From a virus: a stretch of DNA of 64,000 nucleotides. The stretch is taken from the IMG/VR virus record IMGVR_UViG_3300020391_000290, positions 69,897 to 133,896 of that record; one strand, given 5' to 3'. The notes below the pieces were generated by a model that made no database searches, was not told the origin of the DNA, and saw only the letters and a program-made list of their open reading frames with translations. The position numbers and the translations under genes were made by a program. Shown piece after piece: positions 9,989 to 19,622 of this stretch (its first letter is position 1; each line of letters opens with the position of its first letter).

Positions 9989-11301
9989 CAGATGACTTAG
10001 ACAATTACTATAAAAATTATGATTACCATACACGTAAACCTGTTTATGTTAAGATTGAAGATTTAAATGAAACACAACGTAGTAGACTTTTGACTAGTAA
10101 AAGTTTTTGTATACTTCCATGGGTACACCTACATGCATTTCCAACAGGTGAAGCATATCCTTGTTGTTTAGCACGTATGGATCAACCTCTTGGTTCGCTA
10201 CGTGAAAGTTCAATGAAAGAAATATGGAACAGTACTGATCTTAAAAAAATGAGAGAAAATATGATGCAAGACAAATCTTGTAATCAGTGTACTAAATGTT
10301 ATGAGCAAGAAGAAAATGGTTTTGTAAGTATGCGTTATAGTGCTAACAAAAATCATGGCCATCATATTACAAGAGTCGACGAAACTGAACAGGATGGGTA
10401 TTACAAAGATTTCAAATTAACTTATTATGATATCCGTTTTAGTAACTTATGTAATTTAAGTTGTAGATCATGTGGTGATATTTTTAGCAGTAACTGGGTA
10501 AAGGAAGCAAAAAAATATGGTTGGTTAAAACCAAGCCATCCTAATGTAAGTTATGCTGGCAAATACGAAATGGATATGTGGGAGCAACTGCAACCTCATT
10601 TGGATAGTATCGAAAATGTTTACTTTGCCGGCGGTGAACCGCTAATGATGAAGGAACATTATAATTTATTAAATGCACTTATTGAAAGAGGTAGAACAGA
10701 TGTACGTCTAAACTACAATACAAATTTTACGGAATTAATATTTAAAAAACAAGATGTACTAGAATTATGGAATAAGTTTGATGTAGTAAGTATTGGTGCT
10801 AGTTTAGATGCAAGTTACGACAGAGGCGAACTTATGCGTAAAGGTACAAATTGGACTAAAGTTGTAGAAAATCGCAAACGTATGTTAGAGATTTGTCCAA
10901 CCGTAGATTTTTATATTAGTACAACTCTTAGTGTAATGAATGTTTATCATATATTGGATCTGCATAAAGAATGGACTGAACTTGGACTAATTAAAGCACA
11001 GGATTTTAATGTCAATATACTTCAAGATCCTGAACGTTTTAGAATAGATATACTACCAACAGATATGAAACAGGAAATTAACGACTTATATAAAGAACAC
11101 ATAGAATGGTTAGAACCACAGGATAATCTTACTCGTGCAACAAATGGATTTAAAAGTGCAATTACTTTTATGAATGCAAAAGATAATAGTGCATTAATCG
11201 ATGATTTTGTAAAACGTACAGACGAAATGGATCGCTTTAGGAACGAAGGATTCTTTTCAGTATTTCCAGAATTAGAAAGACTTCGAAAGTATGTCAAGTA
11301 A
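9985..11301 (+). CDS. radical SAM protein with N-terminal SPASM/twitch domain
   Basis: CILPW, YPCC, CTKC, then CNLSCRSC, AGGEP. Confidence 0.85.
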   Translation: MTDDLDNYYKNYDYHTRKPVYVKIEDLNETQRSRLLTSKSFCILPWVHLHAFPTGEAYPCCLARMDQPLGSLRESSMKEIWNSTDLKKMRENMMQDKSCNQCTKCYEQEENGFVSMRYSANKNHGHHITRVDETEQDGYYKDFKLTYYDIRFSNLCNLSCRSCGDIFSSNWVKEAKKYGWLKPSHPNVSYAGKYEMDMWEQLQPHLDSIENVYFAGGEPLMMKEHYNLLNALIERGRTDVRLNYNTNFTELIFKKQDVLELWNKFDVVSIGASLDASYDRGELMRKGTNWTKVVENRKRMLEICPTVDFYISTTLSVMNVYHILDLHKEWTELGLIKAQDFNVNILQDPERFRIDILPTDMKQEINDLYKEHIEWLEPQDNLTRATNGFKSAITFMNAKDNSALIDDFVKRTDEMDRFRNEGFFSVFPELERLRKYVK

Positions 11302-12484
11302 ATGTATTCTTCCATGGATTAGTATAGAAACAACACCTTCAGGCACAACAAGGCCTTGTTGTTTATATACAGATGAAATCCCAAATGTAAACTTAGCTAC
11401 TTCAACATTACAAGATGCTTTTAATAGTAAATTTATGCGTAATTTAAGACGTGCTTTTAGGCGTGGCGAAAAACCTGAGGGTTGTAGAAACTGTTGGCGT
11501 GAAGAAGACGCAGGTAAAAAGTCAAAACGACAATATATGCTTGAAAAGTTTAGTGATATTAATGTACAATACAAAGATAATAATGGTGAAGATTTAGTAT
11601 TTTTAGATCTTAAACTAGGTAATATTTGTAATCTAAAATGTCGTATTTGTGGAAGCTGGAGTAGTAGCAAATGGGCACAAGAAGAATTAGACTATGTAGA
11701 AGATTCTACAAATCATATTGCAAAAAAATGGTTAAAGGATGGACAGTGGCCCAGAAAGAGTCCACGTTTTTGGGATAATATAGATGAATTGTTGCCTCAA
11801 ATAAAATATTTTGAATTTACTGGTGGCGAACCGTGGATGATAAAACAACATTTTGAATTATTACAAAATGCCGTAAATAAAGATTATGCCAAAAATATTG
11901 ATATACACTACAATACGAATACAACACAGTTTCCTAAAGATCCGACTATATGGAAACATTTCAAAAATGTACAAATTGCTTTCAGTGTTGATAATACAGG
12001 AGAACGTTTTGAGTATGAACGTTATGGAGCAAAATGGAAAACGTCTAATGCAAATATTAAAAAGGTACACGCCCTAAGAGAAAAAGGTTATCCTATTACT
12101 ACACAACTATGTTGTACATGGAATATACAAAATATTTTTTATTTAGATGAAATACTTACGTGGGCAAAAACAATGACTTTCGATAGCATACATTTCAATG
12201 TAATGCACGATCCATGGGAATTTAGTTTAAGCAAAACACCTATTCATGCACGTAGTCCTATTATGTTGTATTTACAAAAGCAACAAATTTTGCATAGACA
12301 ATATAAAAATGATATTATCGCATTGAAAACGTTAGTAGAAAAAGCGAACATGAACGAAACACCTGAAGAACCAGAGACCGGTCAATCACTTCATAAAAAA
12401 TTAAGACAAACTGATTTGTATCGTAATCAAAACTTTGCACTTAGTCATACAAAAATAGCACAAGCAATAAAATATGAACTCTAA
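11291..12484 (+). CDS. radical SAM protein with N-terminal SPASM/twitch domain
   Basis: CILPW, RPCC, CRNC, then CNLKCRIC, TGGEP. Confidence 0.85.
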   Translation: MSSKCILPWISIETTPSGTTRPCCLYTDEIPNVNLATSTLQDAFNSKFMRNLRRAFRRGEKPEGCRNCWREEDAGKKSKRQYMLEKFSDINVQYKDNNGEDLVFLDLKLGNICNLKCRICGSWSSSKWAQEELDYVEDSTNHIAKKWLKDGQWPRKSPRFWDNIDELLPQIKYFEFTGGEPWMIKQHFELLQNAVNKDYAKNIDIHYNTNTTQFPKDPTIWKHFKNVQIAFSVDNTGERFEYERYGAKWKTSNANIKKVHALREKGYPITTQLCCTWNIQNIFYLDEILTWAKTMTFDSIHFNVMHDPWEFSLSKTPIHARSPIMLYLQKQQILHRQYKNDIIALKTLVEKANMNETPEEPETGQSLHKKLRQTDLYRNQNFALSHTKIAQAIKYEL

Positions 12485-13751
12485 GCCAGAAAATTTATGT
12501 ATGGCTCCTTGGACCCATACTTATCTGAGTCCGCAAACAGAACGCAGATTATGTTGTGCTAGTAGAGAACCTGCACAAAATTTTAAACAATACATCGATA
12601 CAACGGAAGGTACTAATGAATATAAACCGTCTACGCTAGAAGAATATTGGAACGGTGAAAATATTAGACGTATTCGTATGCAAATGTTAAACAATGTAGT
12701 ACCACCTGAATGTGTAGTGTGTGATAAAAAATTATTAAATCAAGATGTATATAGAGATTACTTTAATCATTTATTTGCACATAAATGGAATGACGTCGTT
12801 GAAAATACACAAGATAATGGATATACGACTATGAAACCAATTAGTTGGGACTATCGTTTTAGTAATTTATGTAACTTTAAATGTAGAATGTGTGGGCCTA
12901 TGTTAAGTAGTGCTTGGGAAACAGAAGCACGTAAACAGGATAAAATAGAACCTTGGATGGAAAAGTCAGTAAAGACTAAAATTGAAACATTTCAAAAGGA
13001 CACCGTTGAAAAGGAGTTTAACACTGCAGTTGAAGAACATAGAATTGAAGAAGTCTATTGGGTTGGCGGTGAACCACTTATGTATGAGCAACATTGGCGT
13101 TATATGCAACGTATTATTGAATTAGGTGATGGACCAGGACTATATGCAAGATATAATACAAATTTACATAGAGTAAATTACAAAGGGGTAAATTTGTATC
13201 AAGACATTTTAGATAATATACGTGATTGGCAAATATGTGCAAGTTTAGATGGAACTAGTGAAGTAGGTGAATACATAAGGACAGGATTAGTATATGATAC
13301 ATGGAAGAAAAATTTTGAACAAGGATTAGCACATGCAAGAAATAAACGCATGATGCGTATTGATTTTACATTAACCTTACCTGGACTATTTGATATTGTA
13401 AATATATGTAGGTTAGCTAGAGAATATGATGTAGATATATTAGCAAAAGTAGTATTTGCATTTACTCCAGATATTGCAATGAGTCCTCTTTTTTTACCTA
13501 GAGATATTTTGCACTATATAGTCAATAGTTTACTATTGACAAGTGAAGTAGATAATAGTACAATAATAAACATGCTCAAAAGTTTATTGGATAGACCAAC
13601 ATTTGAAGAAGAATTTCCTAATGAATATAAAAAAGCAAGAATAAAAGGCAAATGGCGTATGCAGGCAATGGATAATTTACGAGGTGGAATGAAGTTTGTA
13701 GATACTTTGAAAGATTACAAGGCAAAAGAATTTTGGAATGGAATTTGTTAA
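12474..13751 (+). CDS. radical SAM protein with N-terminal SPASM/twitch domain
   Basis: CMAPW, LCC, CVVC, then CNFKCRMC, VGGEP. Confidence 0.85.
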   Translation: MNSKPENLCMAPWTHTYLSPQTERRLCCASREPAQNFKQYIDTTEGTNEYKPSTLEEYWNGENIRRIRMQMLNNVVPPECVVCDKKLLNQDVYRDYFNHLFAHKWNDVVENTQDNGYTTMKPISWDYRFSNLCNFKCRMCGPMLSSAWETEARKQDKIEPWMEKSVKTKIETFQKDTVEKEFNTAVEEHRIEEVYWVGGEPLMYEQHWRYMQRIIELGDGPGLYARYNTNLHRVNYKGVNLYQDILDNIRDWQICASLDGTSEVGEYIRTGLVYDTWKKNFEQGLAHARNKRMMRIDFTLTLPGLFDIVNICRLAREYDVDILAKVVFAFTPDIAMSPLFLPRDILHYIVNSLLLTSEVDNSTIINMLKSLLDRPTFEEEFPNEYKKARIKGKWRMQAMDNLRGGMKFVDTLKDYKAKEFWNGIC

Positions 13752-14177
13752 ATGAAAGTTTTAATATTTGGATTACCAGGAAGTGGTAAAAGTACACTAG
13801 CAGAACCATTTGCCAAACTTATAAATGGTGTGTGGATAAATGCAGATAAAGTAAGAGCACAATATAATGATTGGGATTTTTCTCCAGAAGGAAGAATACG
13901 TCAAGCACAACGTATGAGATATCTAAGTGATGGTGTAGTCCTAGCAGGTAAGATAGCAGTAGCTGATTTTATTTGTCCAACAATAAAAGCAAGAGAAGAA
14001 TTTTCTGCTGATTATACAGTATGGATGGATACTATTAAACAAGGACGTTACGAAGATACAAATAAAATATTCGAAAAACCAACACAAGTAAATTATCAAG
14101 TGGCTAAATGGTTTGATGATACACATGCACAGTTAGCAGATGTTGTAAAAGGTTATATTAATCGTGACGAAAAATGA
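13752..14177 (+). CDS. cysC: adenylyl-sulfate (APS) kinase-like protein
   Basis: GLPGSGKST P-loop, NADKVR, DFSPEGR, ADFICP, FEKP. Confidence 0.75.
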   Translation: MKVLIFGLPGSGKSTLAEPFAKLINGVWINADKVRAQYNDWDFSPEGRIRQAQRMRYLSDGVVLAGKIAVADFICPTIKAREEFSADYTVWMDTIKQGRYEDTNKIFEKPTQVNYQVAKWFDDTHAQLADVVKGYINRDEK

Positions 14178-14866
14178 ATAAAATTATAACTCTTGGTTGT
14201 AGTTTAACACAACAGGAAGGTTTAGCAAATAAACTGAGCGAACTTTTAAATATGCAGTTATTTAATCTTGCACAAGGATCAGGAGACAACCTGTTACAAA
14301 TAGAAAAATTACAAGATTTTATATTAGATAATGATTTAAAAAAAGATGATATAATAGTTTGGCAAATAACAGATGTAACACGAAGACACAAAAATGTAAA
14401 GATGGATCAGTGGGAAACTGTAAAAGATATACAAAGAAAATTTTATACACCTAAGGACACTGCCCACTTTTATCTAAAGCGAAGAAATATGATAGATAAA
14501 AAACGGCGTATAGCATTGCTGCATAATAGTCCGAATGTAGAGATGATTGACTATGACAACAATTCAGCTATACATACAATTATTTCTACAATGATTATGC
14601 TTAATAAGATATGTAAGTTATATGTTTGGTTTGGATGGGATAAAGTCTTATCGCCACTGCAGTTTGAAATATTTTTTAAAATGCTTACAACAAAAAAAAT
14701 TGCATTTAATAAAAAATTTTATGTAAACTGGGCACACAACAATCGTTATAATTTTAGATACGATAACTTACACCCTGATCAGGAATGTGCGGAAGTATTT
14801 GCTGAAAAAATATTATATAAAGATTTGGTAATGAAATTAATGATAAAGGAGAAAAGTTATATTTGA
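14174..14866 (+). CDS. SGNH/GDSL-like hypothetical protein
   Basis: TLGCSLT block, NLAQGSG, C-terminal DNLHP. Confidence 0.45.
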   Translation: MNKIITLGCSLTQQEGLANKLSELLNMQLFNLAQGSGDNLLQIEKLQDFILDNDLKKDDIIVWQITDVTRRHKNVKMDQWETVKDIQRKFYTPKDTAHFYLKRRNMIDKKRRIALLHNSPNVEMIDYDNNSAIHTIISTMIMLNKICKLYVWFGWDKVLSPLQFEIFFKMLTTKKIAFNKKFYVNWAHNNRYNFRYDNLHPDQECAEVFAEKILYKDLVMKLMIKEKSYI

Positions 14867-14888
14867 CTGGAAAAAACCTACAGTCCAA

Positions 14889-15251
14889 ATGCTAGGTAGA
14901 TGGCAACCATGGCATGAAGGACATAGTGAACTTTTTGAAAAGGCATTAGAGAAAACGGGTCAAGTGCTAATTATGGTACGAGACGTACAAGGTGCTGATG
15001 CGGGTATGGGTAACACAGATAACCCGTTTGATTTTGATAAAGTAAGTAATGATATAGCGGGTGTTTTATTTCAAAAAGGTTATATTATTGGAGAAGAGTT
15101 TGAAATAATGCTTGTGCCTAATATTGTAGATATAAGTTATGGACGAGGTGTAGGTTATACATTTACAGAACATGACTTAGGAGAACGTATACATAGTATT
15201 AGTGCAACAAAAATTAGGCATGACATGCGTAAAGTAGGTTTGTTAACATAA
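14889..15251 (+). CDS. HxGH-type nucleotidyl/cytidylyltransferase-like protein (start possibly ATA at 14859)
   Basis: GRWQPWHEGH, NPF, ISATKIR. Confidence 0.75.
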   Translation: MLGRWQPWHEGHSELFEKALEKTGQVLIMVRDVQGADAGMGNTDNPFDFDKVSNDIAGVLFQKGYIIGEEFEIMLVPNIVDISYGRGVGYTFTEHDLGERIHSISATKIRHDMRKVGLLT

Positions 15252-15757
15252 TGATAGTTGTTATGGGCAGTGGTGAAGGAACAAATTTTCAAGCTCTTGC
15301 TAAACATATTAGTATAGATTTAGTAATCACGAATAATAAAAATGCAAATATTGTAAACAGAGCAAAAAATTTAGGTGTCAAATACATTATAAGTAAAGAT
15401 CAATATGAAAGTCACGTGCCTGTAAATACAAAACTTGTCATACTAGCAGGTTTTATGAAACTACTAAGTCCTGGTTTTGTTGATAAATTTAAAATAGTGA
15501 ATATTCATCCTAGTCTGTTGCCAAGTTTCAGAGGTATAGATGCAATTGGACAAGCACTAGATGCAGGTGTAAAATTTACAGGTTGTACAGTACATTGGGT
15601 AGATAAAGGAATTGACACAGGCAAAATTATAGATCAATTGGTTTGCCCGATAGGTCCTAATGATAATAAAATTAATTTACAACAAAAAATACAAAAATTA
15701 GAACATAAAATTTATCCTGCAATTGTTAAGGAGTTGATACATGATAAGTTGGATTAA
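15251..15757 (+). CDS. purN: PurN-like formyltransferase
   Basis: SGEGTNFQAL, LAGFM, NIHPSLLP, GCTVHWV, DTGKII. Confidence 0.8.
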   Translation: MIVVMGSGEGTNFQALAKHISIDLVITNNKNANIVNRAKNLGVKYIISKDQYESHVPVNTKLVILAGFMKLLSPGFVDKFKIVNIHPSLLPSFRGIDAIGQALDAGVKFTGCTVHWVDKGIDTGKIIDQLVCPIGPNDNKINLQQKIQKLEHKIYPAIVKELIHDKLD

Positions 15758-15845
15758 AAATATTATTAATAAAATTAAAATGGAAATAAGGTATCGTAAA
15801 CGTTTAAAAGAACTAAGAAAACGAGACCCGTTTATATACAAATGA
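15741..15845 (+). CDS. 34-aa basic small protein (not in ORF track)
   Basis: AAGGAG SD; MISWIKNIINKIKMEIRYRKRLKELRKRDPFIYK; ATGA overlap with carbamoyltransferase. Confidence 0.7.
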   Translation: MISWIKNIINKIKMEIRYRKRLKELRKRDPFIYK

Positions 15846-17329
15846 TACTAGGACTCAGTGCAGGCTTTCATGATGCTGGAGCCACTTTGATAGATAAAAC
15901 AAATGGCGAGATACTATTTGCTGGCCATGCGGAAAGGTATAGTGGTGTAAAAAATGATGCTAATCTAAATCAAGAACTTATAGATGATGCCCTAAGTTAC
16001 GGTAAGCCTAATAACATAGCATGGTATGAAAAAACGTGGTTAAAAAGGACTAGGCAACTGTACAGTGGCGAATGGCGTAAAGCAATAGATTTTAGCACTA
16101 GTCCTAAAAAACTAATAAAACCTTTCATGGGCAAAATACCTATACATAGTTATGGACATCATAAATGCCATGCTGCGGCAGGTTTTCAAACTAGTCCATA
16201 TAAAAATGCAATTGCAATAGTAGTTGATGCTATAGGAGAATGGGACACAATCAGTGTATGGGAATGTAGTTATAAACCTGTATACTTAGGTCGCCCTAAA
16301 GCAACTTACAAAAAAATATGGAATCAAATTTATCCACACAGTATAGGATTATATTATAGTGCCATTACTAAGTACATAGGGCTAAAACCTATGGAAGATG
16401 AGTATATAACAATGGGTATGGCAGCTTATGGTAAAGCATATTTGCAATCATATGAAAAAAATAAAATGCTTGTTGACCTAGATAAAATAGAGTTTGTAGA
16501 TAATTTTCATGCAGGTATCGAAGAGGATTATTTTGTTGGTAGTGGACTAGATAAATTTGATGTAGCCGCTGGCGCACAAAAAGTAGTTGAACAATTATTA
16601 AGAGGATTATTTGAACGTTTTGTTACAAGACAAACAAACGTTGTATTCATGGGCGGTGTAGCACTTAATTGTGTAGCAAATGCTATGCTAGAAGGCCATT
16701 GTAAAGATTTGTGGATTATGCCAAACCCGGGAGACTGTGGTAGTAGTCTAGGAGCGGCGGCACTACAATACGGAAAAAAATTACGTTGGAAAGGTCCATA
16801 CTTAGGACATAATATACCAGGAGAGTATCCGATTGACGCTATTATAGGCGGCTTAATGTCAGATAAGATTGTAGGCGTCGCAAGTGGTAGAGCAGAATTT
16901 GGACCTAGAGCATTAGGTACTAGAAGCCTACTTGCAGATCCACGTGGACACGATATTAAAGATAAAGTAAATAATATTAAGAAAAGACAAAAATTTAGAC
17001 CTTTTGCTCCTATGATTCTTGAAGAACATTTTAAAGATGAATTTAGAGTATACAAAAAACAAAAAGAACCATATATGCAAAGTGTTTATAAGTGTTTGAA
17101 TCCTGAATTATATCCAGCTATAGTACACCAAGATGGAACAAGTAGGGTACAAACTGTAGGTAAAAATGATCATCCAGATGTGAGACGACTATTAGAAAAA
17201 TGGTATTTCATGACAGGGTGTCCAATGTTGTTAAACACGAGTTTAAATATAAAAGGGGAACCTATGGTTAACAATAGAGCAGACGCAGATAAATTTGAAA
17301 AAAGATATAATGTCAAGGTATGTAGTTAA
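15842..17329 (+). CDS. carbamoyltransferase (NodU/CmcH/TobZ family)
   Basis: GFHDAG, HHKCHAA, MGMAAYG, GGVALNC, EFGPRALG-RS, FRPFAP, DGTSRVQ, LLNTSLN. Confidence 0.92.
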   Translation: MILGLSAGFHDAGATLIDKTNGEILFAGHAERYSGVKNDANLNQELIDDALSYGKPNNIAWYEKTWLKRTRQLYSGEWRKAIDFSTSPKKLIKPFMGKIPIHSYGHHKCHAAAGFQTSPYKNAIAIVVDAIGEWDTISVWECSYKPVYLGRPKATYKKIWNQIYPHSIGLYYSAITKYIGLKPMEDEYITMGMAAYGKAYLQSYEKNKMLVDLDKIEFVDNFHAGIEEDYFVGSGLDKFDVAAGAQKVVEQLLRGLFERFVTRQTNVVFMGGVALNCVANAMLEGHCKDLWIMPNPGDCGSSLGAAALQYGKKLRWKGPYLGHNIPGEYPIDAIIGGLMSDKIVGVASGRAEFGPRALGTRSLLADPRGHDIKDKVNNIKKRQKFRPFAPMILEEHFKDEFRVYKKQKEPYMQSVYKCLNPELYPAIVHQDGTSRVQTVGKNDHPDVRRLLEKWYFMTGCPMLLNTSLNIKGEPMVNNRADADKFEKRYNVKVCS

Positions 17330-17656
17330 ATGTTAGATTCAGAAAGACAAAATATTTTAAGACAAAATGTAATAAGAGCATTACAAAATGTTTATGATCC
17401 TGAAATGCCTAGTGTTAGTGTATATGATTTAGGCTTAATATATAAACTAGAAGTTTTTGAAGATGCAAGTGTTTTGTGTACACATACACTTACCAGTATG
17501 GCATGTCCATTTGCAGATGAAATTTGTGCAGATATTGAAAATGCAGTTACTACTACACCTGGCGTAAAATCATGTAACAGACAATTAGTTTTTGAACCTA
17601 TGTTTACAATGGAAATGGTCCCAGAAGAAACAAGACTAATAATGGGTTGGTATTAA
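17330..17656 (+). CDS. sufT: DUF59/SufT metal-sulfur cluster assembly factor
   Basis: VYDPEM-SVYDLGLIY, TLTSMACP. Confidence 0.85.
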   Translation: MLDSERQNILRQNVIRALQNVYDPEMPSVSVYDLGLIYKLEVFEDASVLCTHTLTSMACPFADEICADIENAVTTTPGVKSCNRQLVFEPMFTMEMVPEETRLIMGWY

Positions 17657-18348
17657 TGCCTCCGAAAATTAAAATTGCACCTAAAGATATTTCAATTACT
17701 TTCGATCCCGGTGCAAGAGGTAGTTTTTTATATGTTTTTTTACAAGGAAAATTACAAAATCATGACTACGAATTTAACGTGGTTATTCCTTCAGAGTACA
17801 AACACACTATAAATCCAAAAGCAATTGCAAAATTTAAATATAGGATTTTTGTAAAGTTAGATTTACAAATGTTAGATGTATGGTTATTTAATTTTTGGCA
17901 AAAAATTATTACTAATGAAGCTTATAGTTTTCCAGGAGAATATGATGATGTCTATCAGGAAAAAACATTTAACAAATTATATAAAAGTGCAAGAAACGCA
18001 TATAATTATTCTATTGAAAGTGATCTAAGTTGTTTTAATTATATCGTACCATTCAGTAGGACTTTTAATTGGGAATATTTAAGTGATTTATACTTTAGTA
18101 TAAACAATAAATTACCAACAAATAAAGAAATAATTGAGGATACTAATAAAATAAGTTGCGAAACAAATACTGCATGTAAAGTTGTAAAAGAAATAATAAG
18201 ATTGGAAGATATTTTACAAGTAAATGGTTATGTTTTTACAAAAAATATGTACGATTTATATCTAGATTGCTTGAATAATAATGATATGAGAATATTGGAA
18301 AAAAATTTAGTAAAGTCTAATTATACGCAAGGCGAGTTTAGTTTATAA
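17647..18348 (+). CDS. hypothetical protein (possible sulfotransferase-like N-terminus; ATG start likely 17656)
   Basis: FDPGARGSFL motif resembles TFPGGCYGNFV of 36500..37348. Confidence 0.55.
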   Translation: MVLMPPKIKIAPKDISITFDPGARGSFLYVFLQGKLQNHDYEFNVVIPSEYKHTINPKAIAKFKYRIFVKLDLQMLDVWLFNFWQKIITNEAYSFPGEYDDVYQEKTFNKLYKSARNAYNYSIESDLSCFNYIVPFSRTFNWEYLSDLYFSINNKLPTNKEIIEDTNKISCETNTACKVVKEIIRLEDILQVNGYVFTKNMYDLYLDCLNNNDMRILEKNLVKSNYTQGEFSL

Positions 18349-19622
18349 TGTTTGATATATTTTGTATGCAAATGGGCGGACATACTAATTTACCCGCACA
18401 TACACAATTCACAAGATATAATAATACACATTTAGCCACCATAAAACGTATAGTGAAAAAAGCTAATACAGAGTACGTTTGGGTAGTAAGTGATATTTGT
18501 GATTATAGTAATTTTGATTTCACTTGGCAACCTACTCCATGGGAAGCAGATCAAATACATTGTTGGGCAAGTAATGATCAACAATATGGTGATACTTTTT
18601 TGATACCTGTAAGTGCATTTAAGCGTCAATTAGATAACCTTAAAGTTTTAGGATGGTATAGACATATAAACTGGCATACAAATGGTGTCCCAAGAACTAC
18701 ATTAGGTAACATGTATGACTGGGTTTTAGCTAACAATCAACAAAAGGTTAATTTTAATCCTCCTTTATGGGAAAAACGTGCAATTCATGTATTTAATAAG
18801 AGCGGGAGTGTACTGTTGGTGCCAAGAGACTGTAAAAGTCATTTTCTTACACAGTATTATGACTACCCATACATATTGCGTCATAATCATATAAAATGCG
18901 AAGATAAACCACTAGATATTGTGTTTATTTCAAACGGTGAAAAAAATGCTGATTTAAACTGGAATCACCTTAAAAAAGTTCATAGAAATAATAAATGTAA
19001 AAATAATTTGAAACGTTCTAATGGTGTAAATGGACGTACACAAGCATACAAAGCGGCAGCAAATTTAAGTGACACAGAGTGGTTTTACGCAGTGTTCGCT
19101 AAGACCGAAGTATTAGAATCCTTTAAGTTTGACTTGTATCCAGATTATTTACAAGAAACAAAACATTATATGTTACATAGTCGTAATCCTTTAAATGGAT
19201 TAGAATATGGTGCAATGAATATAAATTTATATAACAAGCAACTTACACTAGATACAGATGCAGGATTAGATTTTACATTAAGTAGTAATCATGATACTAT
19301 CCCAATTGTAGCCAGTATTAGTAGATTTAATGAAGATCCATGGATAACTTGGCGTAGTGCTTTTCGTGAGGTTTTGAAATTGAAACGAGAAGTTGATTCA
19401 GGAGATCCGCGTCCAGAAATAAAATACAGACTAAAAACATGGTGTAGTAAGGCACAAGGTGAAAACGCCGAGTGGTGTTTACAAGGAGCAAATGATGCTC
19501 TTAAATATTACAAAACCGAGAAAGGCAGTTATAATGCTCTGTTAAACAGTTATGATTGGCCTTGGCTAACAACATATTTTGAAGAACGTTACAAAAGTAT
19601 TATTTCCCCAACTCTTTTATAA
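18348..19622 (+). CDS. two-domain glycosyltransferase-like protein, paralog of 3451..4362
   Basis: DIVFISNGE, AYKAAA, NGLEYG, WRSAFREVLKL. Confidence 0.5.
   Translation: MFDIFCMQMGGHTNLPAHTQFTRYNNTHLATIKRIVKKANTEYVWVVSDICDYSNFDFTWQPTPWEADQIHCWASNDQQYGDTFLIPVSAFKRQLDNLKVLGWYRHINWHTNGVPRTTLGNMYDWVLANNQQKVNFNPPLWEKRAIHVFNKSGSVLLVPRDCKSHFLTQYYDYPYILRHNHIKCEDKPLDIVFISNGEKNADLNWNHLKKVHRNNKCKNNLKRSNGVNGRTQAYKAAANLSDTEWFYAVFAKTEVLESFKFDLYPDYLQETKHYMLHSRNPLNGLEYGAMNINLYNKQLTLDTDAGLDFTLSSNHDTIPIVASISRFNEDPWITWRSAFREVLKLKREVDSGDPRPEIKYRLKTWCSKAQGENAEWCLQGANDALKYYKTEKGSYNALLNSYDWPWLTTYFEERYKSIISPTLL

Noticed and set aside
4362-13751. rSAM/SPASM array as a RiPP cluster
   Set aside because: No precursor peptide, RRE domain or transporter seen; genes are gapless and flanked by sugar enzymes
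1848-18629. Short minus-strand and alternate-frame ORFs in the + operon (e.g. 16528..17055, 11272..11670)
   Set aside because: Nested within or spanning motif-bearing genes; no motifs of their own
19600-19622. Terminator at the strand convergence point
   Set aside because: The two genes overlap by 23 nt and no convincing hairpin is visible
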